NCBI GenBank assembly: GCA_963575745.1
Contig: CAUYUJ010000165.1
Location: 1 to 64,000, forward strand
Source: Prorocentrum cordatum
Lineage: Eukaryota
Direction: 5' to 3'
DNA: 64,000 bases
The notes under the pieces were generated by a model. It did no database searches. It was not told the origin of the DNA and worked only from the letters and a program-made list of their open reading frames with translations. Every line of letters starts with the position of its first letter. Position 1 is the first letter of the stretch. The position numbers were made by a program, and so were the translations under genes. Positions 34,581 to 47,557 of this stretch are shown in pieces.

Positions 34581-34772
34581 CGGGTCGGGCGAAAGGGGGG
34601 GGATAGCAAAGGGTGGGCTTGAAAATCAGCTCACGTAGCTGCTTTTCCCGGCGCCTCCCGGCGCCGAAGGCGGCTGTGTATCGAGGCATGGGCCCCTCGG
34701 TGAGGCCGAAACCGGCTGCAAGCAGCAAATGTCGTAACCCCCCCTTTCCCAATCCCCCCCTTTCGCCCGGCC
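34581..34772. mobile_element. MITE (TIR ggtcgggcgaaagggggg), copy 1
   Basis: Inverted termini; a near-colinear second copy lies at 48622-48820. Confidence 0.7.
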
Positions 34773-35120
34773 AGCGCCGCGCGTGCCGCCTCCGCCCGGC
34801 GCCTGGCCGCTGCGGGCGGCCGCGTGCGACCGTGAGGCTCCTCGGGCCAGCGGCGTCGCGGCTGCGTGCTAAGGCCGCCCCTCCGTGCCCCCGTGCGCGA
34901 CGGCCGAGCTTGCGCGGCCAGAGGCGTCGCCAGTGGCAAGCGACCGCGGAGAGCGCCGCGCGTGCCACCTCCGCCCGGCGCCTGGCCGCTGCGGGCGGCC
35001 GCGGGCGACCGTGGGGCTCCTCGGGCCAGCGGCGCCGCGGCTGCGTGCCGAGGCCGCCCCCTCCGTGCCCTACGTGCGCGACGGCTCGGGGCCCTGCGCC
35101 CGAGGCCGGCCGCCGTCCTC

Positions 35121-36612
35121 GGGTCGGCGAGGCTGCCGCGCCTGGCTCGAGCTCCTCCTCCTCCTCCTCCTCCTCCTCCTCCTCCTCCTCCTCCTCCTTC
35201 CTCCTCCTGCCTCCTCCTCCTCCTCCTCCTCCCCCTCCTCCTCCTCCTCCTCCTCCTCCTCCTCCTCCTCCTCCTCCTCCTCCTCCTCCTCCTCCTTGCG
35301 GCGGCCATGCCTGCCGAGACGATTCTCCACGGCCCAGACGCCCACGCCCGTGTGCTTCCTCGCGAGTGTCCCTGTCGATCTCGCGGGCGCCTGCTCCTGA
35401 GGACGCGCCGCAGCGGCGTGGGCCGCCTCGGGCACAGGCTCCGCCAGCACTCCCGGCGAGGCGTGTGCAGCCGCCGCCGACTGCCTCCCCGCGAACTTCG
35501 ACGTGCGGCGCTGCCACCGATGGCGAGCGCGCTGCCGCGCGCCAGCGTGCGCCGACGTGTCGAGGCGCGGGCTGAGGTGACCGCTGCGGCCCTGCCCGCG
35601 CCTGCGGACTGCCACTGCTCTGACGACCAGCCAGTCTGGTGGTGTGCTGCTGCTCCACCTTGCACGCCTCTGTCGGCGCCTGCGCCGCGGCCCTCGGGCC
35701 GGCAGCAGCCGCCGCGTGCGCTGCCGCTGCCAGCCGACGACCTTCGCTCCTCCTCCTCTCCTCCTCCTCCTCCTCTCCTCAGGAGAGGAGGAGGAGGAGG
35801 AGGAGGAGGAGGAGGAGGAGGAGGAGGAGGAGGAGGAGGAGGAGGAGGAGGAGGAGGAGGAGGAGGAGTGGACGGAGGAGGAGGAGGAGGAGGTCGGCGA
35901 GGCTGCCGCGCCTGGCTCGAGCCTGCGGCGGCCAGGCCTGCCGAGACGACTCGCCACGGCCCAGGACGCGCCCACGCCCGTGTGCTTCCTCGTGGGTGTC
36001 CCTGTCGATCTCGCGGGCGCTTGCTCCTGATTTGGGCGCCCGAGTTATCCGGGGTAACTCGGGTCCGGGGTAACTCGGGTTTGGATGTTCGAAAAAGGAA
36101 CCCGAGTTAGCCCGGACCCGAATTACCCCTGATGACTCGGGGCTCTGGACGCCCGAATTATCCGGGGTAACTCGGGTCCGGGGTAAGTCGGGTTCGGATT
36201 CCCGAAAAACGAACCCGAGTTAGCCCTGACCCGAGTTACCCCTGATGATTCGGGGCTCTGAGTGATGACGCGCCGCAGCGGCGTGGGCCGCCTCGGGCAC
36301 AGGAGGCTCCGCCAGCACTCCCGGCGAGGCGCGTGCCGCCGCCGCCGACGACCTCCCCGCGAACTTCGGCGTGCGGTGCTGCCACCGATGACGAGCGCGC
36401 TGCCGCGCGCCAGCGTGCGCCGATGTGTCGAGGCGCGGGCTGAGGTGACCGCTGCGGCCCTGCCCGCGCCTGCGGACTGCCACTGCTCTGACGACCAGCC
36501 AGTCTGGTGGTGTGCTGCTGCTCCGCCTGGCACGCCTCTGTCGGCGCCTGCGCCGCGGCCCTCGGGCCGGCAGCAGCCGCCGCGTGCGCTGCCGCTGCCA
36601 GCCGACGACCTT
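35121..36612. repeat. Local tandem duplication (35121-35745 vs 35892-36612)
   Basis: Colinear near-identical segments; copy 1 gained a CCT tract and copy 2 gained the hairpin element. Confidence 0.8.
36032..36262. mobile_element. Dimeric hairpin element, copy 2 (TGAT TSD)
   Basis: Same termini as copy 1; the empty site is visible in the paralogous segment at ~35391-35410 (ctgctcctgaggacgcg). Confidence 0.8.
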
Positions 36613-39600
36613 CGCGTGCACCTGCAGCCCGCTCTGGCTGCTTCTGGTGTGGCTGGGGATCGTGCTCTCCATCGGGCCTTCTGGCGCCGCGCCCGTGGAG
36701 GCGCCCAGGCTGGAGACCTGCTGCCGATGCAGCGCGCGCCGCCGCCACTGCCACCACAGAACGTCCGCCGACACGCACGACGGGAGAGCGTCGCCGCTGC
36801 TGCCTGGCCCCATGCAGCTAGGATCCTCGCGCGAAGCGCATGCCCTGCGCCGCGACGCCGCGACTGGCGTGCGTTCGCCTTCGTATGCAAGGTGTGCCTT
36901 TCTGGCTGCCTCGGCGCCAGAGGCCGAAGACTCTCGCTGTCCCACAAGGTTATGCGTTTCGTAGTGCCGCTCGTTCCTGACAGTTCCCTGCACCTCACCT
37001 CACCTTACCTCACCTCACCTCCTCACATCACAAGATCGCCTCACCTCCTCCATCGTCTCGTCCTGCCTCCTCCCACACCGCATCGGATGGAGTGGAGAAG
37101 GGTGGAGGAGATGGGCTTTCTCCCTCCCTCGCCCTCCATCTTCCTCCGTGCCTTCTCCTCATAAAAATATATCCTCCCTCTCGAACCCCGAGGCTGGTAG
37201 AAAGGGCGGCCTGGGCGTCTAGCCTGAGATGCCCTGACCATTATATGACCCTGAAGCTAACAAAACTGACAACAATTTCACAGATGGAGGGCGGACCGCT
37301 CCCAAAAAGTGGCGCTGGCCTCAGCGCCGCGCACACTCGCTTTAACTGGTTGCAAGAGCCTCAAGGATGGATTGCGGGCAGTGTTCAAAATGAGGCCCCC
37401 GCCTAAACAACGCGCACATTCGCGTGAAACATGAAATTTTCACGGGTTGAGGGTGGGCCGTTTTCAAAATGTCGCTCCCATGTCGGCGCCGCGCACATCG
37501 CACTGGTCTTCATCCCTCCTCCTCATCCGCCCTCCTTCTTCTCCTTGAAACTCCTCCTCCTCCTCCTCCTCTTCCTCCTCCCCCTGCTCCTCTTTCTCAT
37601 CCTCCTCTTCTTCCCTCCTCTTCCCTCCTCCATTGCTCATTCCTTGTCCTGCCCCCATCCGCTACCACACGTTCCTCCTCCGGCCACCCTCCGCTGCCAC
37701 ACATGCCTCATTCTCATTTCCTCCTCATTCTCCCTGCTCGACATCCCCAGCAGCCCCTGGACCCCGTGGACCACCATGAGGCCGACTAGAGCCCTTCAGA
37801 ACCTCCCCAACAACTCGCCTCTTCAGCCTCCTTGTCGTCTTGCACGTCCTATGTTTGCTGCTCCTGATTCCTCGTTGCCATTATCTTCTTCCTCACCCTT
37901 ACTCTCCTTCAGATACTGGTGCTCCTGTTCATACTCACGTCCTTGATTTTCATGCCTCTCCTGCCCGCGACTCCCCCTCTTCCTCCTCCACCCTCCTCCC
38001 CCTCGTCATCCTCCTCCACCCCTTCCATGTCCACCTCAGCAGAAGGAGGAGAAGGAGGAGGAGGAGAAGAAAGAGAAGGACAAGCAGGAGAAGAGAGGAA
38101 GAACAAGAAAAAGAAGATAACAATATACAACGCGCGTCTGCACGCTAATCATCCGCTAAGTTCAACACATAGTCTAGACGTGCAAACGAGCATGCACCCA
38201 AATCTCGCCATCCGGGTTAAGACCCAAACCTTTACATGGGGGTGAGCCGCGTTTGGGCATCTCCAACCTCTCGCGCTGGTGGGTGGTTGGATGAGCAAGC
38301 TACTCCGTTGGCCTCGGCATCGCAGAGCTCGGAAAGGGAGCCTCGGAATCCTCGGCGACCGGCGGCCACACGTGCCACGGACGACGGAGCAGCACTCCAC
38401 CCAGCAAGCGTGAGTGTCGTGCACCTGCCTGCCGACGAGGAGGAGGGGCCGGCCCGGACAGGAGAGCGCGCCGAGTCCGAGAGCAGACGTCTGAGCGCAA
38501 CTCACGATCATCCGCAGAGTGACCTCCTCCTCCTCCTCCTCCTCCTCCTCCTCCTCCTCCTCCTCCCTCCTCCTCCTCCTCCTCCTCCTCCTCCTCCTCC
38601 TCCTCCGACGCCGGCTCACGTCCCAGGAGAATAGAAACGCTGGCCCCCTTCTAGGCCAGCACCAGGTCGAGTGCCCGCGCTCAGGAGTGAGGCAGGCAGA
38701 ACGTGACGTGCACTGGGCCCAGACCCAGGTCGCCTGGGCACCTTCGGCTGCGAATTCAATCTCAAAATATACGATCACGTTGATCCTGCGGGAGAGGGTG
38801 CGTTCCAGCAGCTCTAGCCTGCAATCTTCCATCAGCTGAGACTGAATGCCTCCCTACCGTCAACACGCTAGGAGGGTGCCCGATACGACAATCCCATGGG
38901 CCCTCGAAAGGGAGTCAGGGATGATGCAAGAAGCCTCCTCTGAGCCTGCCAGATGCGAGGGGGAGCAACATCCTGAGGGCTTCCCGACAGTCGACAGGCA
39001 AGGACGCCCTGCATGGAGGGAAGACAGCCTCGGGCTGCTCCCGCGGGCTACCCACACGGGCTGGCACGAGAGGAGAAGAAGGGCATGCGAGGAGGCCGGC
39101 GAACCGCCGTCAGAACGCACCCTCGGCCTGACCTGCCAGACCCGATCCTCGTCGGAGGCGCCCCTGCATGGCACGAGAGGAGAGGAAGGGCTTGCGAGGA
39201 GGCCGGCGAACCGCCGTCAGAACGCAACCCTCGGCCTGACCTGCCGGACCTGATCCTCGTCGGAAGCGCCCCTGCTCGGGACGCGCGGGCTCCGGGGGGG
39301 AGGGGGGGGCTGGCACGAGAGGAGAAGAAGGGCATGCGAGGAGGAGGAGGAGGAGGAGGAGGAGGAGGAGGAGGAGGAGGAGGAGGAGGAGGGAGGAGGA
39401 GGAGGAGGAGGGGGAGGAGGAGGAGGAGAGGAGGAGGAGGAGGAGGGGGAGGAGGAGGAGGAGGGAGGGGGAGGGGAGGGGGGCCCACGGTCGACGGCAA
39501 CGACGACGGCGGCCCAACGACGGCCTCCCCCCGCGGCTCCCCAGGCACCCGAAGCGCACGGCCTCGGCCTCACCAAGCGGTACGTAGGGGAACAGAGGCG

Positions 39601-39779
39601 CATCACAGCCATCGCCTGCAGGATTGGTATGCTTGTGTGGGATACGCGTCTCGGTCCTGTCAGGCGTGAATCGGTATGCTTGTGTGGGAGACGCATCGTG
39701 AGAGCTCCACTGACTGGGGCCTCCTGCGACTGACCGACCCGACAGCACACCTGGCGGAGGAGGATCAGAGCAGCAGCAG

Positions 39780-40190
39780 GGGCCTGGACCTTCTGTTCCG
39801 AGAGCGCGTGCATAATTAGCTGAACCTCTCTTGGCCGCTTTGCCGGCGAATTCATTACCAAGTGCTTCCAGAGACCACTCCACCTGATACGCTTTGACAC
39901 GAGTGAGAGACAGAGTGGTGGGGTCAAGGACTCCGCGGTCATCGATGGCTCTGCAAATCGCCCTCCACAAGCCGAGGTTCTGACGGGAGGGCTCCAGCAA
40001 CCAATCTCGACCGCGCAGCGTGATGGCCTCCATGGCGTGGAGGTGGTCCAGCTTGAGTCGAAGCAGAGCACGACCTACCCTACGAGTCTGGAGGACAGCA
40101 AATTGCTCAGCTCTGGGAGCACTTCGTTGGTGCCCAGGGCGGGGCCCAAGAGCTTGGCCCACAGGGGCGGGTCCACATAGAGAGGAAAGA
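39780..40190 (-). pseudogene. Truncated LINE RNase H fragment
   Basis: LGPRPGHQRSAPRAEQFAVL...NLGLWRAI...TRVKAYQ...LGNEFAGKAAKRG is a degenerate RNase H (RAE, xLW, VKAH, GNExADxxAKxG) lacking the N-terminal TDGS; bounded upstream by a MITE. Confidence 0.7.
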
Positions 40191-40192
40191 TC

Positions 40193-40358
40193 AAGTCGGG
40201 CCTGTCCCCCCCTACACGGGGATTTTGGAGGAAAAAATAAAATACCCCAAATGTACTCAAAAGATGCTCGAAAATACTCCAACAGTAGATCCAAGACTAT
40301 GTTTTGCCTATTTTTGAGTATCCCTCCTGTAGCGGGACAGGCCCGACTTAAGGATAGA
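40193..40358. mobile_element. MITE, same family as 11724-11893
   Basis: aagtcgggcctgtccc..ctaca / tgtag..gggacaggcccgacttaaggataga. Confidence 0.65.
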
Positions 40359-40712
40359 GAGGAAAGAGGGGAGAAGAGGAAGGACAGAGGAGAAAAGCGA
40401 AGGAGAACGAGGCGGCTGGATGAACATAGAGAGTGGAGGGAGAAGAAACGGTGAGGGCGAGATGGAAGTGGCGAGGTGAAGGAGGACGAGGAGGAAGAGG
40501 AAGGGAGAGGAGGAAGAGAAGGAGAAATGCAGGAGGAGAACGAGGAGGAGGGAGGCTGGAGGACGCGATGGGGAGAGGGACCGCCTCTGCGCGGCGACCG
40601 CCTGGCTGTCCTTCTCCCCCGCGCGGTCGAAGGCGTCCTCCCCGGCTGGCCACGACGACGCGGGCGGCTGCGCAAAAAGACGACGGCGATGGCCACGGCC
40701 ACGGCCACGGCC

Positions 40713-40749
<37 letters not shown>

Positions 40750-43700
40750 AAACGACGGCGGCGATGACAGGCGGCAGGAGCTGCGGAGGGCGTCCTGCTG
40801 GCCCTGGGACCACTCGCGCAGCCGCTCCTGGTTGTGTCCCAGGACGCGGTCCTGGAGGTCCGCGGTGCGTCGCTGCGTCACCGTCGCGGTCGTCGCTGCT
40901 GTCGCCGTCGTTGCCGTCTTCGTCGTCGTCGTCGAGGCCCGAGGAGGTGGACGAGGAGGACGACGGTCGTTGGAAATTTGCTGCGCTCTGGAGGGCTGCG
41001 GGGGAGTTCTGGGGACCTCCGAATCCTTCGGAGGTCGTCGCCGTCTTCGTCACCTCATCACGTCGTCGGGGGGCCAGGCGATGAGGGGAAGGAGGGTGGA
41101 AGAGGGGCAGGGGAAGGGGAGCGGAGGATAGAAGAGCGAGCAAGAGGAGGGATGGGAGGAGGGGAAGCGAGGACGAGAGGGGAACAGGAGGAAGAGGAGA
41201 GGGCTGCAGCAGACGGGCCAGAGGTCCCTCCGATTCACCGAAAAACCGAGCGCGGCTCAGTTTCGAGCAGCGCCCGCTGCTCTCGTTCGAGTCGGCACGA
41301 CGATCCTGTCCAAAGCTCTCTGAGAAGCGGCGCCGGGCGAGGAAGGAGAAGAGGACAGCAAAGGATTGCAAAAAAAAAGATTGCAAACAAAAACCTAGGA
41401 TTGCAAAAAAAAAAAAAACGATTGCAAACAAAAACCTTTTTTTTTGCAATCCTTCGTTCGAGGGAGGGGGGAAGGTGTTGTGAGGCTCCGGGAGGCTCCA
41501 GCATCTGCTCTTCATCGTTGCTGGCTGCCAGGGGAAGATCCGGCTTGTGGCGCGCATGGCAGCTCTTGCTCCTCCTCCCTCTTTCCTGCTCCTTCTCCGC
41601 CTTACTCCGCCTCTGTCCTGGGTCCTCCTCCTCCTCCTCCTCCTTCTCCTCCTCCTCGATCCTCGCTCCTCGTTGCCCGAAGCTGCACATCAAGTCCACG
41701 AGATCACCCAGTCATCACGGATGCGACGCTCCCCTGGGACATCGTCTGCTACAGGCTGGCAGCGGCCCTGGACGGCCTGGGACTGCTCCGGCTGCAACGT
41801 GACCCCGCAAGGCTGAGCCAACCTTTAGTGAAAACGGCCCAGGACCGAAACCGACGGACGTGGACCCGTAAAAATGACGGCCGCGCCGCCCTTTCGCGAA
41901 GCGAAAACGACCCATTCGCTAATCGACGTGTCCGGGTAGGAGGTCGATCCACCTCCGAACACCATACGACAACACGAGACGTCTCAAAGAGGCTTCGGCC
42001 AGGACCGGCAATGGTGGTTCACGGCTGCCAGTTTCTCACTGCAGACCGTCCGGAAGAAAGAAAGGCGATTCAGGTGGAAGGCAAAGGAAGCAGGGAGGCG
42101 GTTCAAGCGCACGAAGTGGGAACGAAACAAGTGGCATTGGAAGTATGAGCTCGGTACAAGCCAGAAGTAGGACTTCGGTCGGCACCTGAACAAAACATCA
42201 AAAGTAAGCTGGTTCGATCACGGAGGGCCCAGGAACGCCCACTCTTAACGAGCGGTCTCTGCGTGAGTGCAGGTGGGACCTGGAAGCGAGCGGGTAACCT
42301 CCCGGGGACAGAAAACCGGTCACGGACAAGCGTGCGCTTGCCAATCCAGAAGGGAAATCTCCGCGCGACTGGCAGTGGACCCCCAGAAGCCCCCAGAAGT
42401 CCATGCAACCCCTGGAGCCAGCTAAGAACTTCCACGGCACTCCTATGCCCTCTGATGACGCCTTTGTCTTCGCAAGCCCACACCGCGCAATCTTTGCTTA
42501 CGAGGGACTGTCCCGAGTTGGCCTTCCCCTACCAAAACGTTCTCCGCCCTTCAAACGTGACGCCCCCGCGGCCGCATGGGCCGCAGTTGGAGGAGGAGGA
42601 GGAGGAGGAGGAGGAGGAGGAGGAGCAGGAGGAGGAGGAGGAGGGGGAGGAGGAGGAGTAGGAGGAGGAGGAGGAGGAGGAGGCATCTGCGCTCTCGCCC
42701 CAGCGCGGGACACGGCTGCGGATCCGGTGCCGTGCCTGCCGTTGCAGCCCCCACCCTTGCCCCTCCTGAGCCTCCGCCTCCCCATGGTCCCCCCGCACAC
42801 CCGCTGCTCCAGCTCCTGCCCCAGCTTCTCTGGTTGCTGCGCCCCCGCCTCCTCCGTCCTCATCCTTCTTCCCAATCCTGCTCCTCCTCCTCCTCCTCCG
42901 CCTCCTCCTCCCCCCCTCCTCCCCCGCCTCCTCCTCCTCCTCCTCCTCATTCTCCTCCCTCTACTCCTTATCCTCCTCCGCATCCTTCTTTCCTACACTC
43001 CTCCTCCTGTTCTTCCTCCTCCTCCTCCTCCTGATCCTCCTCCTATGTACACAATCTCTCACTGGATCGCACCAGAGAAAATGGGTTGTCTTGGGGATCC
43101 AAGTCTGCTAGGTCACTCGTCGGCGGATAAAGAAGACACCAGCGCAATGAGAAGGCATAGGTGACAGAGGGAGGATTCCAGATACGACGCGAGCGCACCT
43201 AGCTTGATATGAATACTACTCGTCTCCGCCCCCTCATGCTGTAATGTATTTTCCCCCGCCTGAATTGCGAACTGGTTTTACACACCGGATTATCCAGAGC
43301 TGGTCTGCGACATGTTTTCCCAGTCAAAACGCGATCGGCCGTTTTAAACCTGAAGCTCTCGATGCAGCGTTGACCGTACTTCAAGGTTGGCGCGCTGCTT
43401 CTGTCTTTCTCACATGCGATCGCGCCACAGCGCGGGACCTACTCCTGGAATCGATTCGTTCCTCGTTGTTGCAGTCCCACTCCTGTTCCCTCCTCCGCCT
43501 TCCGCTGGTCATACAACTCCTCCTGCTCCTCCTGCTCCTGCTACTCCTGCTGCTCCTCCTTCCTCATGGTCCTGCTCTTCCTCCTGCTCATCTTCCTGCT
43601 CGCCCGCCAGCGCTTCCTCGTCCAGTGTCCAGAACCTATGTTTCCCAATTCTGCGTCACTCGATGGGGCTGCTTCAAGGATCAAGGCCATCTGAGACACC

Positions 43701-43768
43701 CTAGCCGGCGGATAGACACAAATTCTGGACAATGGGAGGGGATGGGTGGGATGTCAGACATGGCGCGC

Positions 43769-43845
43769 GCACCTAGCTTGACATGAATGCGGGCCCCCTG
43801 ATGCTGTCTTGATTTCCCCCGCCTGCCTCGCATATTGATTCATAC
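43769..43845. repeat. RTE target-site duplication, left copy (77 bp)
   Basis: gcacctagcttgacatg...gattcatac matches 47481-47557 with one mismatch. Confidence 0.92.
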
Positions 43846-46800
43846 GGAACGGAACGGAACGGAAGCCGGCGCAAGGCTCCGCGAGGGAGCTGCCGGGAGG
43901 ACCGAGGCCTGCTCACATCTTAATGTAATCGTCCTTCAGTTGGTCCCACATTTCTAACATCGCAACCTGTGTCCAATCGTCGTGGCCAAGAGTGGTCAGC
44001 ACATGTTGTTTGATATCGTCAGCCCATCGGGTCTTAGGGCGCCCTGGGCGTCGCCAGGCTGGTGTGCGTAGGTCCAGCTGTGGAGCCCAGTTCTGGATTT
44101 GAGCCGGCCATTCTGGTGCTTCCATAAAAACTTCCCGCGCCCATTCCCATTTTTTCCGCCTGTAGATCGTGGCCCCATAATCCACATCAGATCCGTGCAT
44201 CCGTCGTACTGCCTCGTGGGTGGCACGTTTAATCCATTCCGGCCAAGGCTCCAGTAAAGGGTCAGCCTCGATGACGTCGGTGTCCAGGTCGGGGGGCGGA
44301 GCGGCGTCGGTGTTTGAGTCAGGCAATAGCCGTCGTCTCGGCACACGCACGATCATGCGGAGCATCCGGCGCTGGATCTTGTTCAATGTATGTTGCATAT
44401 CACGTGTAAGTGTCCAGCTTTCGTTCCCGTATAGCACAGTCGGTGTAATCGTGCCACTGAACAGCCGGAGCCGGTCACGTAAAGAATATGGTTTGTCTGT
44501 TAGTTCCCCCTTCAGCATGTGGAATTTCTCCCATGCAGCGGCGATCCTGTTGTCGAGTTCGGCTTTGTGCTGTCCTGCAACTTGTATCCTTTTTTCCCAA
44601 ATATTTAGTGAAGCGGTAGGGAGGTATTACTTCGATTACCATGCCGTTCGCATGTACATGTGCTGGAGGTCGCCCCCTGCGAGTGAATCCGTGGCCGTTG
44701 TGTAATATCTTCGTCTTGCTGGGATGCAAGTGTAAGCCGATGTGTGACGCTTGTGTGCTGAGGTCGGATAGCATGCTCGTGATGTGATCAGAAGACGATG
44801 ATACAAGAAGTATGTCATCAGCGAAACGTAGATTGGTGAGTTTGGAGCGTGCTTGATGACCAAATGAAATGCCAATGTTTTGTTTGTCCCATAGGAATGT
44901 CAGCGAACGCATCAGATGTTCTGTGACGCTGTTGAAGAGAAGAGAGCTGAGAGGGTCTCCCTGTTTCACGCCTCGCTGTATATAGAAATGCTTGCTCACA
45001 TGGTCAGTGCGTATTGCTCCTGTCTGTTTGGAATACAGCTTGTGTAAGAGATCTATGTATGGTCGTTGGACCCCCTGGACTGCAAGGGCCGCCCAAATGC
45101 TCTCATGCGTGACGCTACCAAACGCCTTTTTGAAATCAATTGTCGCCACCCACAAAGGTAATTGCCACTCGTCAGCAGTTCCTTGCAGTATAGATAACGT
45201 GAAAAGGTGGTCGGCGGTGCTCCGACCCGGGCGAAAGTCAGCTTGGTCGGCGCTCTGGTTTGCGTCGAGGACATCGTGCAGCCTGTTATACAGGAGTCGG
45301 GAAAACAACTTGTATAATAGCGGAATTGTGGCAATCGGTCTGCAATTTTCCGGCAGCCGTGGATCCCCACTTTTGAACAGAACTTTGATGTCAGTGTGTG
45401 ACCACGCTGCTGGTATAGTAGCGCCCGGCTGTAATATGGCGTTAAAGAGTGCCAGTACACTGGATCGTAGAGCTTGTCCTCCTGCCTTGAGCATCTCGGC
45501 GCTGATGCCGTTGGTGTCGGGTGCCTTCTTGTTTTTGAGCTGTCGGAGTGCTTCGCGTAGTTCACTGTCGGCGACTGGTGGGATGCACTCGGCCCCGGGG
45601 GCCTCTCGGTCGGAGTGGGCGTGTCTATCCTTCGCGTCGTCCCGATAGAGCTGGCTGTAAAATTCTGCGAATACGTCGGCAATGGATTGTCTGTTGTGTA
45701 TCGGGTTCCCACCGCTGTCGTTCACGCTGACAATACGGTCCTTCTCTTTCAGCTGCTTGTACGCGCCGATGCGCTTCAAGTTATGATATTGAGAAGGTAT
45801 GGTGTCGATGTTTGCTCTCTGGGTTGCTCTTCTGATCGCCCGCAGTTCCCGTCGGATCCGGTTGGATACCAGTGACCGTGATTTGGTATCGCTTGCTGGT
45901 GTATCCCGTCGTCGGTTCAAGAGCTGCGTAGCAACGGCGTTGTATGATGCCTTCGCTTGCGTGTCCGCGGGTGGTTGGTGAGCCGCCAAAGTATCCAGAG
46001 GAGACTCTTCGATCGCTTTACACGTGAGTTGGATATGTTCTGTGGCGTGTAATACGTCGAACTTGTCAGCCAGTGTCTGCTCGTAGCTGGAAATATCAGT
46101 CGGTGGCCAAGCGAGTGGCGGTGCTCTCCGTTTCCGGCCAGGCCGTTTCGACTGAGTTCTCGCGGTGTGTATTCCCGGTAGGTCGCTGCATATCGCCACG
46201 GCACGGTGGTCGGATCCCATGTCGATTGCACGAGTCGTCCCACAATCCCGGATAGTGCGCCAAAGCCGTCGGTTACATAATATGTGGTCGATTTGTCTTG
46301 GGATCTTGTTTGTTCCCATAAACGTATGCCGCTGATGAGGTTGCTTTTTTGAAGAAAGTATTGGCCAACACAAGTTTGTTGGTCGCTGCCCAATTCTTTA
46401 GCCACTGTCCCCTGGGGTTCATCCCTGGAGCTCCCCACAATCCGATTGATCGCCTGTCGTCGTCGTCGGTCCGTTCCCCTACCACGGCGTTGCAGTCAGT
46501 GCACAGTACGAAATACATCCGCTGTATGTTTGCCTCGTCGCAGATACAGCCCAACACATCGTATGTATCCTGTACGTGTTTGTCTCCGTATCCAGTGTGG
46601 GGGAAGTACGCCGTAGCCACACGTATTTTGAAATAGTTTCGAGCTATGCCGACATAGGCAATGCGCTCGTTGATAGGTTTGAAACATGATATTTGTGACA
46701 CCCACCGTTTGTGCACCATGACTGCAACTCCCCGATGTGGCTTAGTATATCCAGCTCCTAGAAGAGCGTGTCCGCCAGGGATTGTCCAGAATTCTTCTTT

Positions 46801-47480
46801 GATATCCCTCTTTGTTTCGTTAATGGTAATGACGTCCCAGTGAAGATTCTGCAAGTCGCCCAGAAGTTCCACCACTCTGTCGTCGGTGGCCAGTCCTCTG
46901 GTATTCAAGTGGATCGCTATAAGCTTGTCTGGCAGTGGTTGATCGGCAGCGGCCTGCTGAGGGACAGTGACTGCATCTGGCCCGTGTGAAATTCCCAATG
47001 GCTCTCCCGAGGATTCTCGATGGAGCGTCGTGGGGGTGAAACTGGTGAAACTGACAATTGTGAAACAGCATTGAGCTTGGAGATGAACACTGGGTCGGAG
47101 CTGGAATCGGGCGTCGGAGTCGGTGCGACGCCGGGGTCGGAGGCCGGAGTCGAGGTCGGATGCCAGTGTCCCTGGTCGGAGCCGGAGCCGGAGGCCTGAG
47201 CGGCTGTCCACGCGACCTGCTCGTCGTCGCTGGCGTCGGTCTCTGTCCTGGGGCGACAAGTCTCCTGAGGGTCAGATGGGGCAAATCTCAAAGACAGGGG
47301 TGCGTCTCCAGGGGTGTTCGACAGTTTCCCCCTGCCGCCTCCTGCAGCACGGGCTGCTGGATGTGCCACTGTTGCATCTCCTGCTGAGCTCCTGTTCTCT
47401 CCATTTACGTCTGAAGCGAAATTCAAGGATCCGGCGTTGGAGGAAATGTGGTGGTCCTGATGTCGGGAATGGGAAACTGG
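43846..47480 (-). mobile_element. RTE-type non-LTR retrotransposon with (GTTCC)n tail and 77-bp TSD
   Basis: Single APE-RT reading path with an RTE-like C-terminus (LYGNESW, RRPGRPKTRWAD). 3' tail ggaac x3 at 43846-43860. Flanking direct repeats at 43769-43845 and 47481-47557. Confidence 0.93.
43913..47000 (-). pseudogene. RTE APE-RT ORF with two +1 frameshifts
   Basis: APE: HLNTRGL, VITINET, GVAVMV, TAYFPH, TDCNA, IDHIL, SDH. RT: RPIATIPLLYKLF, IDFKKAFGSV, GVKQGDPLS, RFADDI, KYLG. Frames shift at T6 runs 46345-46350 and 44590-44595. The start codon is uncertain. Confidence 0.88.
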
Positions 47481-47557
47481 GCACCTAGCTTGACATGAAT
47501 GCGGGCCCCCTGATGCTGTCTTGATTTCCCCCGCCTGCCTCGCAGATTGATTCATAC
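47481..47557. repeat. RTE target-site duplication, right copy (77 bp)
   Basis: Matches 43769-43845 at 76/77. Confidence 0.92.
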
